Counted from the first letter of the stretch, positions 39,288 to 50,886 are shown. The stretch: DNA of 64,000 bases from an uncultured bacterium (GCA_963720265.1 CAVRET010000002.1:328704-392703), one strand, 5' to 3'. The notes: generated by a model not told the origin, from the letters alone. Program-made: numbers and translations.

Positions 39288-39300
39288 ATGAGGTGAATGC

Positions 39301-39897
39301 ATGAGTGATCCGCTGTTAATAATTGCCGCCGCTATTGCCGTTGGGCTCGTTATCCTGGTGCTCCTGCAAAGCTGGCAGCTGCGAAAAGTCCAAGCCAAGC
39401 TCGCTGCAGCACAGCAAAACGGCACGCCCAAAGTTAGCCAACCCACCGCGGCCGAACTCGAATCCAAGCTAAAAAGCGCCTACGAAGGCAAAATTGTTGC
39501 AGCCACAGCCACCTTCGCTACTGATCTGGAGGCCACTTCCAAACGCCTATCTGAGCAAGTCTCTCGGCTTACTACCACAGTTATCGAAGAAGAACTCGAA
39601 GCCTACCAAAAAACCCTCGAGCAAGTTCGCTCCTCGGCTATTCAAGCCATGGACCAGATCCACCAGGCCGTCGAGCACCAGCGCACCGAACTCCGTGAAG
39701 GTATGGAAGCCGATCTAAACAAAGAAAAACAAGCCTTGGCTGACAAATTCGATGCCAAGCTCGGCGACGTCGTGGCCAGCTACATTTCCGAATCCTTAGG
39801 CTCCGGTGTCGATATCGGTGCGCAAATGCAATTTATCCTGACAAGTCTTGAAGCCCACAAGGAAGACATTAGAAAGGATCTGCTTGGTGGCTCCTAA
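39301..39897 (+). CDS. atpF: F-type ATP synthase subunit b-like (N-terminal TM + long coiled coil)
   Basis: TM 'LLIIAAAIAVGLVILVLL' then ~170 aa helical charged region; operon position. Confidence 0.6.
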   Translation: MSDPLLIIAAAIAVGLVILVLLQSWQLRKVQAKLAAAQQNGTPKVSQPTAAELESKLKSAYEGKIVAATATFATDLEATSKRLSEQVSRLTTTVIEEELEAYQKTLEQVRSSAIQAMDQIHQAVEHQRTELREGMEADLNKEKQALADKFDAKLGDVVASYISESLGSGVDIGAQMQFILTSLEAHKEDIRKDLLGGS

Positions 39898-40387
39898 AAC
39901 ACCAAAGCGCAAGGAATTTATCCTGCCGGCCGCAGTGTACAGCCCGCAGCTGCTCGAATCGGTAATTTACGACCTGCAGGTCTACGTCGACTGGATTCGC
40001 CAAAACGAAATCCGCGCCAAAGTCGGCACCAAGCTCAAAGAAGAGCCCAATCATTCGGATGAAACCGTGCTTGTCATCGAAGCCTGGCAAAACGGTGAAG
40101 CGCCCACCATCGACTCCGTCCATGCACTGCTCGACCACCTCAAAAACATGCATCTACCCGAGGTGCACATTACCCTGGCCGCCCTCCCCAATTATGCCCA
40201 GCGCAAAACCCTGGTCGACTGGTTTCGAAATAATACCGCGCCCGAGCTGCTCGTATCCTTTGTGGCCGATCGCAACCTCGGCGGCGGCCTAGTGGTGCGC
40301 ACGCCCAACCGCGTCTTCAACTATTCCTGGAGTCAGGAGCTGGTAGCCGGCCGTGATAAGTTGGCGGAGATTGTGCGCCGTGTTTGA
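39887..40387 (+). CDS. atpH: F-type ATP synthase subunit delta (OSCP)
   Basis: C-terminal 'LGGGLVVRTPNRVFNYSWSQEL'; GTG start after RBS AAGGA at 39873. Confidence 0.6.
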   Translation: MAPKTPKRKEFILPAAVYSPQLLESVIYDLQVYVDWIRQNEIRAKVGTKLKEEPNHSDETVLVIEAWQNGEAPTIDSVHALLDHLKNMHLPEVHITLAALPNYAQRKTLVDWFRNNTAPELLVSFVADRNLGGGLVVRTPNRVFNYSWSQELVAGRDKLAEIVRRV

Positions 40388-41930
40388 TAATCCCAAATTT
40401 GCCAAACTCGTGGCCGACGGCCGTCCCACCGGCGAAGTCGTTGGTGTCGACCGCTTCTTGGTGACAGCTGAGGGCCTGGGTGAAGTCGCGGTGAACGCGC
40501 TCATCTATTTTGATAACGGCCATCAGGGACTTGTGCGTGAAGTGCGCGAAAACGTAGTCATGATCCTCAATATGACAGCTGAGAGCATCCCGCTCGGCAC
40601 ACTGGCTGTTATTGAGGCCGAGGAAGTTGTTACCGGCGTGGGTGAGTCGCTGGTGGGTCGCGTGCTATCAGTTACCGGCCAGCCACTCGACGGTAAGGGC
40701 CCGATCACATTCTCGCGCTTCGACCCAGTGTTCAAAGTCGCCCCCGGCATCATTGAACGCAAAGCTCTCGACGAGACACTCACCACTGGTGTCGCCATCG
40801 CCGACCAGCTCTTTCCGCTCGTGAAAGGTCAGCGCATCGCTGTGCTTGGTGACAACAAAGTTGGGAAGTCGGCTTTCACCATGCAGCTCACCCTCGCGCA
40901 AAAGGGCACCGGTCGTGTCGTTATTCACGTTCTCATTTCCAAGCGCAAAGCCGACGTCGACCGCCTCATCGCCAAGCTCAATGAAACCGGCGCCATGGAA
41001 TACTGCGTTGTCGTGGTCGCCTCAGTCTTCGATTCGCTCACCCAAAGCTACCTCGCGCCCTACATTGGCGCCACCATCGCCGAGTACCTCTGGACCAACG
41101 GCAAAGATTGCGTCATTGTTTATGACGATCTGTCCAACCACGCCAAGGTTTACCGCGAACTATCGCTCTTACTCAAAGTCGCCCCCGGCCGGGCCAGCTT
41201 CCCAGGCGACATGTTCTACGCCCACTCGTCTCTGCTCGAGCGGGCCGGTCGTCTCAACTCAAACGGCGCGACCCTGGCCGCCATTCCGGTTATCCTCACC
41301 CCCAACAACGACATCACAGCCCCTTTGCCCACGGCCATCATGTCCATCACCGACGGCCAGCTCATCTTCGATTCCGAGGCCTTCCGCGCCGGCATTCGGC
41401 CGGCCGTGTCCGTCGGCCTGTCGGTCTCTCGCGTGGGTGGTGTCGGCCAAGATAAGCGCCAGAAGAAACTCACTGCCGACTTGTTCAAAAAACTTGCCAG
41501 CTATCGCCAAGCAGCCGAATTTTCGCACTTCGGTTCCGAGCTCGCCATCGAATCTCGCGCCGACCTTGAATTGGGCAAGAAGATTTACGAAGCCTTGAAG
41601 CAGCCGCCGGACACCATCTATACCGCCAACGAGCAAGATCTCATCCTGGGCGTTGTTATGAAAACTGAGGGCAAAATTACCATTAATATTGATAGCCTGA
41701 AGCGCAAGGCCAAAGAGATCGCACCGTCCATGAAGCCGGATTCCGACTGGGAGGGCATGGTCACCAAGCTGTTGGCCGAAGTGACGGTACAGGCGCCGAC
41801 TGCTCCTGCTCCAGCCCCTGGTGCCAACCCACCCGGTGCCGGCGCGTCTCCGGGCCCAACCCAAACCCAGGGCGGCCTACCGGCTGCTCAGCCCTCGGCC
41901 CCCGCCCCCGCAGCCGAGGCTAAAAAGTGA
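40380..41930 (+). CDS. atpA: F1 ATP synthase subunit alpha
   Basis: 'VGRVLSVTGQPLDGKGPI','GQRIAVLGDNKVGKSAF' P-loop, 'ITDGQLIFDSEAFRAGIRPAVSVGLSVSRVG'. Confidence 0.85.
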   Translation: MFDNPKFAKLVADGRPTGEVVGVDRFLVTAEGLGEVAVNALIYFDNGHQGLVREVRENVVMILNMTAESIPLGTLAVIEAEEVVTGVGESLVGRVLSVTGQPLDGKGPITFSRFDPVFKVAPGIIERKALDETLTTGVAIADQLFPLVKGQRIAVLGDNKVGKSAFTMQLTLAQKGTGRVVIHVLISKRKADVDRLIAKLNETGAMEYCVVVVASVFDSLTQSYLAPYIGATIAEYLWTNGKDCVIVYDDLSNHAKVYRELSLLLKVAPGRASFPGDMFYAHSSLLERAGRLNSNGATLAAIPVILTPNNDITAPLPTAIMSITDGQLIFDSEAFRAGIRPAVSVGLSVSRVGGVGQDKRQKKLTADLFKKLASYRQAAEFSHFGSELAIESRADLELGKKIYEALKQPPDTIYTANEQDLILGVVMKTEGKITINIDSLKRKAKEIAPSMKPDSDWEGMVTKLLAEVTVQAPTAPAPAPGANPPGAGASPGPTQTQGGLPAAQPSAPAPAAEAKK

Positions 41931-42787
41931 GTTCCCAAGCCTTAGGCATTGAAAAAGAGGCCAGTCAGGTTGGCACCGTCCATGAACTAACCGGCATTTT
42001 CGAATCCATTGCCTCCATGCGCATTGGCAAAATTAAAGACCGCGTCAATCGCAGCCAACTGTTTTTCGTTGAGCTTTGGCAGATTTATACGCAGCTGCGC
42101 GTCGACCCGACCGAACGCCTAATCGGGAAAAACGGTCCCAAACGCGACAAAGACAATGCCTTCCTGGTGCTCACGTCCGAAGGCGGCTTATCCGGCGACA
42201 TCGACCAGCGCATTGTCCAAACTGTTATACAAAGTTTCGACCCCAAAACCACCGACCTCATTGTCATCGGCGCCCACGGTGCCACGCAATTCGTCCAAAA
42301 CCATGTCAAGATTAAGCGCTACTTTCGTCTGCCTGACATCGATCAGGCCATCGACGTCTCGCCCATTATCGATGAGCTCCTTGGCTACAAGAAGCCCACC
42401 GTGTGGTTTCAACGCTACGTTTCACTCTCCGTCCAAGAAGTCGGCCACCTCGACCTCATCGGCCGCGTACAAGCGCTTGGCACCAATGCCGCCGGCGCCG
42501 GCCAGGGTGAGATCATTTCTCCGCGCGAGTACCTCTTTGAGCCGAGTGTCGATGACGTCGTGCGCTACCTCGAATCCGTCATGATGGAAATCGCGCTCTC
42601 GCAGGTCATCATGGAGTCGCGCCTTGCCCAATACGCCTCGCGTTTCACCGCCATGAGCTCGGCCAAAAAGCGCGCCAAAGAGCTCCAAACCCTCCTCCTT
42701 ATGAACTACAACCGTGCCAAGCGCGGGGAGGCCGACGACCGCATCAAGGAAATCGTCAATGCCATGAATGCACTCGGCGTGGGGTAG
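41927..42787 (+). CDS. atpG: F1 ATP synthase subunit gamma
   Basis: C-terminal 'ASRFTAMSSAKKRAKELQTLLLMNYNRAKR...EIVNAMNAL' gamma signature. Confidence 0.75.
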   Translation: MSSQALGIEKEASQVGTVHELTGIFESIASMRIGKIKDRVNRSQLFFVELWQIYTQLRVDPTERLIGKNGPKRDKDNAFLVLTSEGGLSGDIDQRIVQTVIQSFDPKTTDLIVIGAHGATQFVQNHVKIKRYFRLPDIDQAIDVSPIIDELLGYKKPTVWFQRYVSLSVQEVGHLDLIGRVQALGTNAAGAGQGEIISPREYLFEPSVDDVVRYLESVMMEIALSQVIMESRLAQYASRFTAMSSAKKRAKELQTLLLMNYNRAKRGEADDRIKEIVNAMNALGVG

Positions 42788-42803
42788 CTCTAAAATAATT
42801 CCG

Positions 42804-43337
42804 CTAATTCCGTGATTGGGGACGAAGGGCAAGCCGCACCTTCGCCCCCAATCGGATTAACACATCGGTCGCGGGTTCATCAGTTTCGGTATCACCAGCC
42901 GCGCGACGCAGAAATTCAGTTGCGTGCGCGATGCTGCGCAGGCCCCTCCACAGCCCCCGGTCGGCCCGCACATATTCCTTCCGAAAACCCTCAAGGATCC
43001 AGGCTGGTAGGTCGATGAAGATGCCGCGAGCCCTCATTACTTGGGCGAGGCTGGAGAGCTCGCTGTTGATCCGGTCGACCGCGCTCTGGTCTTGCTTCAC
43101 TAGATTGGCGAGCCGTTGCCAGATCTCGTCTCGCTGTCCGATCCCCCAGTCAACGAACATAACCACGAGCACAGCGGCCCGCAACCTAACGCCGTCGTCC
43201 GGAGGGTTATCGAAGATACGCTTCAACTCCTTCAAGATAAACGTCAGCCCGTCCTGATCGCTCAATATCTCTTGAGCGCGTTCGGAGACACCCCGGGTCT
43301 CAATGTTCGGTTCCGGCACAAACCCTCCACATGTCAA
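42804..43337 (-). CDS. Orphan hypothetical protein encoded antisense inside the atp operon (R-x6-H HEPN-like motif 'RGLRSIAH'); TTG start
   Basis: 177-aa ORF with ordinary composition on opposite strand between atpG and atpD. Confidence 0.35.
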   Translation of the reverse strand: MTCGGFVPEPNIETRGVSERAQEILSDQDGLTFILKELKRIFDNPPDDGVRLRAAVLVVMFVDWGIGQRDEIWQRLANLVKQDQSAVDRINSELSSLAQVMRARGIFIDLPAWILEGFRKEYVRADRGLWRGLRSIAHATEFLRRAAGDTETDEPATDVLIRLGAKVRLALRPQSRN

Positions 43338-43366
43338 TCGGCGCCTGCCGAGCCGCTAGATATAAC

Positions 43367-43389
43367 GTCTGTTATATCAGATAACAGAC
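43367..43389. promoter_or_regulatory. Perfect 9-5-9 palindrome GTCTGTTAT-ATCAG-ATAACAGAC 30 bp upstream of the antisense ORF start
   Basis: Read directly from sequence. Confidence 0.4.
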
Positions 43390-43673
43390 TGTCACGGCAA
43401 CGACGCCCGCCAGTTACATTCTTCCGGCCGTACCGCTCGCCCACAGTGCAGGCATGGTCGGCGCGGTAACTTCCTGCGAGCAGATGGCCGAAACCGAGGC
43501 CACGGAGGCAGCCATGTTCCGTCGGTTGCCCTGAGGTAGACTCCGCTGTACCAACCCCGGCCCTGGCGCTTGACGCGCCTGGCCGGATCTGCCCCGAGTT
43601 TTGAATCTTGCTTTCTCGAATCTCAAGGTAGGCCCAAACGCTTTATCGTGTAGAATATAAACATTAGCGCTAA

Positions 43674-45140
<1,467 letters not shown>

Positions 45141-45150
45141 GTCACGAACT

Positions 45151-45408
45151 ATGGATAAAAACGTTAAACGCTTCAAGGTCAAAATCTTCAGCCCTTACCA
45201 GACCTACTACGAGGGTGATGCTGTCAGTCTCAGCGCCCAAAACCGCACCGGCCCATTCGACATCCTGCCCGGCCATATCAATTTCTTCTCCCTCCTGACC
45301 GGCGGCATCGTGGTGCTCAACACCGGCTTCCAGCGTCTCGAGTTTCAAATTGCCCGCGGCATCCTCCGCGTCAACCGCGACGATGTCACCCTTTTCGCCG
45401 ACGTTTAG
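45151..45408 (+). CDS. atpC: F1 ATP synthase subunit epsilon (N-terminal beta-sandwich only, 85 aa)
   Basis: 'TGPFDILPGHINFFSLL' epsilon motif. Confidence 0.65.
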   Translation: MDKNVKRFKVKIFSPYQTYYEGDAVSLSAQNRTGPFDILPGHINFFSLLTGGIVVLNTGFQRLEFQIARGILRVNRDDVTLFADV

Positions 45409-45551
45409 CCGCTTGGAAAAAATTCCGCTACGACGAGTCCTTGCCTTAAAAGTAAAAATTTTGGCCTCATTTGGCCACTTCAAGATGGAAAGTTGTTGAC
45501 AACAGATATAGCATAAGCATAATAACAGATATAAACATAAAAGGAATCCGT

Positions 45552-45773
45552 ATGGCATATTCCCAAACCAACTCTAAAGGTCAGCAGTATTATCTGCACA
45601 TGAAAGATGTCACGCTTAAAGGCGGCCGCTTGCAGCGCATCTACTTCTTTGCCCGCGACGTCCGCGACGGCGCTGTTGAAGAGATGCCGGCCGGCTACAT
45701 GTCGGTTGAGAATCCGCGCACCGGCCTGCTCGTGCTCAAGAAGACCGCTCCCAAAAGCGCCGCCGCCGCCTAG
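45552..45773 (+). CDS. Small hypothetical protein
   Basis: RBS AAAAGGAAT upstream of ATG 45552. Confidence 0.3.
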   Translation: MAYSQTNSKGQQYYLHMKDVTLKGGRLQRIYFFARDVRDGAVEEMPAGYMSVENPRTGLLVLKKTAPKSAAAA

Positions 45774-45809
45774 GCAAGCGTAAGCCCGGTATGCTAAAGT
45801 GAGCGCGGT

Positions 45810-46571
45810 ATGTCCGCGACTCTGCTTGAAGTACACAATCTAAAAAAGCGCTACGACGACGGCTTTGAGGCTGTCAAGGGTGTAAGCTTCGCGGTCAGCA
45901 AAGGTGAGGTGTTCGGCATTCTCGGTCCCAACGGCGCCGGCAAAACCACCACCCTGGAGATGATCGAGGGCTTACGCACCATCACCGACGGCCACGCGCT
46001 CATCGACGGCCTCGACGTCTCCCGCGACCCGTTTGCTGTCAAAGAGCGCATCGGCATCCAGCTCCAAGCCTCGGCCTTTTTCCCCAACCTCAAGCTGGTT
46101 GAATTGCTCCAACTCTTCAACGACCTTTATGCCGATTCCTCAGACCCTATGGAGCTCTTGCGCGAAGTCGAGCTGGAAGAAAAAGCCGGCGCCGCCGTCA
46201 AAGAACTATCCGGCGGCCAAGCTCAGCGCTTTAGTATTGCCACCACCTTGGTCAATAACCCGGTCTGCATTTTCCTCGACGAGCCCACCACCGGCCTTGA
46301 TCCTCAGGCACGCCGCAACCTCTGGGACCTCGTCCGCCACATTAAGGAAAAAGGCACTACCATTATCCTCACCACCCACTACATGGAAGAGGCACAGGTG
46401 TTGTGCGACCGCGTTGCGATTATGGACGAGGGCAAAATCATTGCCCTCGATACCCCGGACAAGCTCATTACCCAGCTCCTGGGCCGCGGCTTCAAGCCTC
46501 ATACCAAGGTCCAGGCCGCCACACTCGAAGACGTCTTTATTGATCTCACCGGCAAGGAACTGAGGGATTAG
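45810..46571 (+). CDS. ABC transporter ATP-binding protein (ABC-2/DrrA-like)
   Basis: 'GPNGAGKTTT','LSGGQAQRFSIA','IFLDEPTTGLD'. Confidence 0.85.
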   Translation: MSATLLEVHNLKKRYDDGFEAVKGVSFAVSKGEVFGILGPNGAGKTTTLEMIEGLRTITDGHALIDGLDVSRDPFAVKERIGIQLQASAFFPNLKLVELLQLFNDLYADSSDPMELLREVELEEKAGAAVKELSGGQAQRFSIATTLVNNPVCIFLDEPTTGLDPQARRNLWDLVRHIKEKGTTIILTTHYMEEAQVLCDRVAIMDEGKIIALDTPDKLITQLLGRGFKPHTKVQAATLEDVFIDLTGKELRD

Positions 46572-46572
46572 C

Positions 46573-47808
46573 ATGCATTTTTCCACTAACCTCATCTGGA
46601 TTGTCGTGGCCGCCCTCGTCATCGTCCGCATCGGCTGGCGCTTGATGTACCGCGGCTCGGCCGGCAAGCCCACCGGCCAAACCAAATCTCGCCACCGCCT
46701 CATCAAGAGCCGCCGCTGGGTAGCCTTCCGTGCCCTCAGCGTTGCCTCCATGAAGATGTACTTCCGCAACCGTACGGCGCTGTTCTTCTCGCTCTTTTTC
46801 CCGATTGTCTTCATCGGCATTTTTGGCTTCATATTCAAAAATAGCTCGGCTTCATTCAAGATCGACCTGGTCAACCAGTCGCAGACTGAGTTGTCCCAAC
46901 AATTCGTCACCGCCATTGGTAAAGTACCGGCCTTTAAAATTAAGCACGTGTCAGAATCAGACGCCGCTACCGATCTCAACAAAAACAACGCTGATCTCGT
47001 CGTCATCATTCCGTCCGACTTTGGGCGAACCGGCAAGCATGACCAGCTTATGCCGTCCCAAATCATTGCTCATTACAACAAAGCCAATCCACAAAACGGC
47101 CAGGCGGCTGCCCAAATCATCCAACAACTGGCTGGCAGCTTTAACGACACGATCACCCGCGAGCCTAAAATCATTACACTCGATGCTACCGGTGTCACCA
47201 CCAAGAACCTCAGCTACATTGATTTCCTGCTGCCCGGCATGGTTGGCCTCTCCATCATGCAGCTTGGCATCTTCAGCGTTGCTTTTAGCTTTGTATCGTA
47301 TAAAACCACCGGTGTCTTACGGCGCTTACAGGCCACGCCCGTACACCCCTCCGACTTCCTGACTGCCCAAGCCGTCACCCGCCTCATTGTAGCTGTGCTC
47401 CAAACTACGCTCCTCGCCGGTATGGGTGTACTACTCTTTGGCTTCCATCTTAGTTACGGCAGCTGGCCCACCTTCCTGGTGTTAGCACTCTTGGGCTCGG
47501 CCATATTCCAGGCTTTCGGCTTTGCGATCGCCGGTTGGGCCAAAAACGAGGACCAAGCTCAGCCTGTGGCTCAGCTCATTCAGTTCCCCATGATGTTCCT
47601 GTCCGGCACCTTTTTCCCACGCGACAGCTTCCCGCACCTGCTCCAAATTCTCACCGCCTACCTCCCGCTAACCTTCCTTACCGACGCGTTGCGCCAGGTT
47701 GCCAACAACGGCGCCACACTCATGGACGTCCGCGCCGACCTGCTCGGCCTCATCGTGTGGGGAATTGTGGTCGGCTTCATCGCAGTGCGCGTCTTCAGCT
47801 GGGAATAG
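46573..47808 (+). CDS. ABC-2 family exporter permease with large extracytoplasmic loop
   Basis: 1 TM + ~170-aa loop + 5 TM; adjacent to ATPase. Confidence 0.7.
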   Translation: MHFSTNLIWIVVAALVIVRIGWRLMYRGSAGKPTGQTKSRHRLIKSRRWVAFRALSVASMKMYFRNRTALFFSLFFPIVFIGIFGFIFKNSSASFKIDLVNQSQTELSQQFVTAIGKVPAFKIKHVSESDAATDLNKNNADLVVIIPSDFGRTGKHDQLMPSQIIAHYNKANPQNGQAAAQIIQQLAGSFNDTITREPKIITLDATGVTTKNLSYIDFLLPGMVGLSIMQLGIFSVAFSFVSYKTTGVLRRLQATPVHPSDFLTAQAVTRLIVAVLQTTLLAGMGVLLFGFHLSYGSWPTFLVLALLGSAIFQAFGFAIAGWAKNEDQAQPVAQLIQFPMMFLSGTFFPRDSFPHLLQILTAYLPLTFLTDALRQVANNGATLMDVRADLLGLIVWGIVVGFIAVRVFSWE

Positions 47809-48536
47809 CCCCGCCTAGAACAATCCGGGCCCTCAAACAGCAGCTCGGGTTGCCAGTGCTTAAGGGCCACGTTAATCGCAACCGATGGTTGTAAGGGCAT
47901 TGGCGCCAGATTGGTACCGGAAATTGCTACGGGTATGCCAGCAGGTGCCCCGACGACATTGGCATACACTCTAAAAATGGGCTGTGTCACGCCCTTAAAC
48001 GGCCGCCACACGAGTCCGTTCGGATAATGCGACGGATCGCCATGAGTTAGGCCCGGTCCAGGCTGGTTGACAAATGCGAACAGCCACTCCACCCTCACCC
48101 CTGGAGCAGCCCCCCAACGGATGAGGTAACTGCCATCACTGCGCCTCGGGCTCACCGTGATCCACAGTTCGTTGCTCGTTGCCACGGTAAACCCGTTCCG
48201 GCCGTTGCTCGTTGTTGTTTCAGTGGCGATCTCCATACTGCCGCTCTGAGGGTCGGTCAACACGTAGCCCGACAGGTTAGAGCAGGGGATAGGCACCGGT
48301 CGGTTGGTTATATTGAGGCCGCCCTCGTACCACTGACCATCCCGCTCAGTAACGGCACACACACCGGTATAAGCATCTGGCGCCACGGACATAATGGCGG
48401 CAAAATTCGGGCGGCCAGAGTGTTGTGTCGCTCTTACTGTGAACGCTCCCAGCGCTCCCAGCGCCATCGCGACGACACCCACCAGCACCAAAAACCGGTA
48501 TTGCGGCCACCAGCGCGGTCGCCATCTTCGGTCCAT
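47658..48536 (-). CDS. Hypothetical membrane-anchored secreted protein (3' 150 nt overlaps permease; C-terminus may be read-through)
   Basis: N-terminal TM 'FLVLVGVVAMALGALGAF'; ordinary composition for ~230 aa. Confidence 0.3.
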   Translation of the reverse strand: MDRRWRPRWWPQYRFLVLVGVVAMALGALGAFTVRATQHSGRPNFAAIMSVAPDAYTGVCAVTERDGQWYEGGLNITNRPVPIPCSNLSGYVLTDPQSGSMEIATETTTSNGRNGFTVATSNELWITVSPRRSDGSYLIRWGAAPGVRVEWLFAFVNQPGPGLTHGDPSHYPNGLVWRPFKGVTQPIFRVYANVVGAPAGIPVAISGTNLAPMPLQPSVAINVALKHWQPELLFEGPDCSRRGYSQLKTRTAMKPTTIPHTMRPSRSARTSMSVAPLLATWRNASVRKVSGR

Positions 48537-48645
48537 CCAGCCACCTCACTTGGGAAAGAGCGGTTCGCTTGCTACAATCCTAGCACAAACTCAGTTTGAA
48601 TCTGGTAAAGTAGCAATAACTGTTTATTAAGGAGTGTCTACGCCA

Positions 48646-49278
48646 ATGTCGCGTGAAACGAAAATATTGATCGGTGTCCTGGTGGTTGTCGTGGGCGGCA
48701 TGATCGGACTATTTGCCTTGGCTAACAAGAGTACTCCGGGGCCTAAGGGCTCCAAAACTGTCGTTCGTACCACCAGCCATAAAGAGGGGAATGGTCCGGT
48801 ACAAATGGTTGAGTTTGGCGACTACCAGTGCCCAGCTTGCGGCGCCGCCTATCCCAACATTCAAGAGCTACTCCAAAATTATGGTAGTCACATCACGTTC
48901 TATTTCCGCAACTTCCCGCTCACCCAGCTTCACCCCAACGCCATGGCCGGCGCCGAAGCCGCCGAGGCGGCCGCGCTGCAAGGCAAATTCTGGCAAATGC
49001 ATAACCAGCTCTACCAGACCCAAAACCAATGGGCCGACCTGCCCGATCCTACTCAAACCTTCGTTGGCTTTGCAAAGGCCCTCGGCCTCAACACCACTCA
49101 ATTCCAGTCTGATATGAGCGGAACGCAAGTCCAAAACACGATCAAACAAGACATGGCCGACGGCAACGCGTTAGGCATTGATGCTACACCTACGATTTAC
49201 TTCAACGGTCAGCAATTCACCGGCGGCTACAGCTACGCAGCCCTCTCCAAGGAGGTCCAATCGCTCTTAAGTAAGTAA
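48646..49278 (+). CDS. DsbA-like thioredoxin-fold thiol:disulfide oxidoreductase, membrane-anchored
   Basis: 'FGDYQCPACGAAYPNIQEL' CxxC; RBS AAGGAG 48629. Confidence 0.7.
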   Translation: MSRETKILIGVLVVVVGGMIGLFALANKSTPGPKGSKTVVRTTSHKEGNGPVQMVEFGDYQCPACGAAYPNIQELLQNYGSHITFYFRNFPLTQLHPNAMAGAEAAEAAALQGKFWQMHNQLYQTQNQWADLPDPTQTFVGFAKALGLNTTQFQSDMSGTQVQNTIKQDMADGNALGIDATPTIYFNGQQFTGGYSYAALSKEVQSLLSK

Positions 49279-50886
49279 GTGCTCAAGCGCTTTACGGTCG
49301 AGCTTGCCGTTCGCGTTTAACGGCAGCGATGAAAGCTGCACATACTTTTGCGGCACCATGAGCGATGTGAGCTGAGCCGCTGCCCGTTGCCGTAGTTCTT
49401 CAGGGTCAAACTTCTGTCCGGTCTGGACTGTAACGAAGGCCACCAGCTGCTTATCAACCGCGCGTTCGCCGGTCTGTTGCACCACGACCGCCGACTCTTG
49501 CACAAACGGCACGGCGTTCAAAACTGCCTCGATTTCGCCCGGCTCAATGCGCAACCCGCGCAGTTTAATCTGTGAGTCGGTCCGGCCAAGCCACACAATC
49601 ACGCCGTCCGGTCGGTAACGCGCCAAATCGCCGGTCCGGTACATTTTGGCATCTGGCCCAGCATTAAACGGGTCATGCACAAACAGCCGCTGCGTCAGCT
49701 CGTCGCGATGGTAATACCCACGTGCCAAACCCGCCCCGCCAATGTAGAGCTCGCCCACCTCGCCGACATTCACCGGCTGTAAATGTTCATCTAAAATATA
49801 CGTCCTCACGTTAGGAATTGGCTTTCCAATAGGGATGAATGGCTCTCCGCTGAGTTCGTCCGTGGCGGCCGAGGTGTAAAACGTGGACGTGACCGTGGTC
49901 TCGGTCGTCCCGTACGCCGCCACCCAACGCAATGTGCGAGCTCCAGCCAGGCGCCGCCAACTCTCATAAATCTTAGTATTAATTGCTTCACTGCCCGCGA
50001 TGACTAGCCGCAGGGACGCAGGAATTGGCAGACCGTGGCTGTCCAGAAACTCAGTCCATTCTTCCCACAATGGTGCCGGCAGATTCAGCAATGTGTAGCG
50101 GTTCTTCGTAATCTCCGCCTGAAACGCCGCCATGGTTGCAAATCGCGAGCTCGAAACAATAAGTGTACAGCCTGACACCAACGGCGGCACCATCTCTTCC
50201 ACCGCCATATCAAACGCGATCGGCGCCATCAGCGGCACGCGGTCATCTTGGCTCAACTCAAACAATTGCGAAAACGCGAGGGCATGGTTAACAGTCGCCC
50301 GGTGAGTAATAATGACACCCTTTGGTTCGCCGGTTGAACCCGAAGTATATGCAATATAGGCCGCGCCGGAGCTATTAATGGCAACATCAAGATTGGTGCC
50401 CGGTGAGTCTGCTGTGGCGGACGTAAGCTCATTCAGGCTCACTACATTGAGTCTCGGGCCCAACGAAATATCAGTAAACTCTGTATCCGTGATCATGAGC
50501 ATTGGTCTGGCGTCGACCACGATGTATTCCAGCCGCGCGACCGGCATGTGAGCATCGAACAACAGGTAGGTGCCGCCGGCTTTCAGGATTGCGAGTGTAC
50601 ACACTATCACCGAAGCCGACCGCGTAAGATAACACGCCACCACCGATTCACGTATCACGCCGTGCTCACGCAAAGCCTGCGCCAACCGGTTGGCCTTGGC
50701 GTTAATCTCGGCGTAAGTATAGCGAAGGTCGCCGTCAATCAGCGCGACCGCGTCCGGCGTCTTAGCCACCTGCGCTTGGAAGAGCTCATGGATACAGACA
50801 TCTGGATAATCCTTACGAGTGTCGTTCCAGGCCGAATCAGGCAATCGTGCTTGAGCTTGATGTATGATCTTCTTAGTATCGTCCAC
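49267..50886 (-). CDS. AMP-binding adenylation enzyme (stand-alone A-domain / DltA-like acyl-amino acid ligase)
   Basis: 'IAYTSGSTGEPKGVIITHRA','YGTTETT','YRTGDLARYRPDG','GK' C-terminal lysine motif. Confidence 0.75.
   Translation of the reverse strand: MDDTKKIIHQAQARLPDSAWNDTRKDYPDVCIHELFQAQVAKTPDAVALIDGDLRYTYAEINAKANRLAQALREHGVIRESVVACYLTRSASVIVCTLAILKAGGTYLLFDAHMPVARLEYIVVDARPMLMITDTEFTDISLGPRLNVVSLNELTSATADSPGTNLDVAINSSGAAYIAYTSGSTGEPKGVIITHRATVNHALAFSQLFELSQDDRVPLMAPIAFDMAVEEMVPPLVSGCTLIVSSSRFATMAAFQAEITKNRYTLLNLPAPLWEEWTEFLDSHGLPIPASLRLVIAGSEAINTKIYESWRRLAGARTLRWVAAYGTTETTVTSTFYTSAATDELSGEPFIPIGKPIPNVRTYILDEHLQPVNVGEVGELYIGGAGLARGYYHRDELTQRLFVHDPFNAGPDAKMYRTGDLARYRPDGVIVWLGRTDSQIKLRGLRIEPGEIEAVLNAVPFVQESAVVVQQTGERAVDKQLVAFVTVQTGQKFDPEELRQRAAAQLTSLMVPQKYVQLSSLPLNANGKLDRKALEHLLT

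Noticed and set aside
40860-40885. Possible degenerate P-loop in atpA ('GDNKVGKS')
   Set aside because: It still fits GxxxxGK[ST]; it is merely diverged from GDRQTGKT and is not evidence of a pseudo-subunit.
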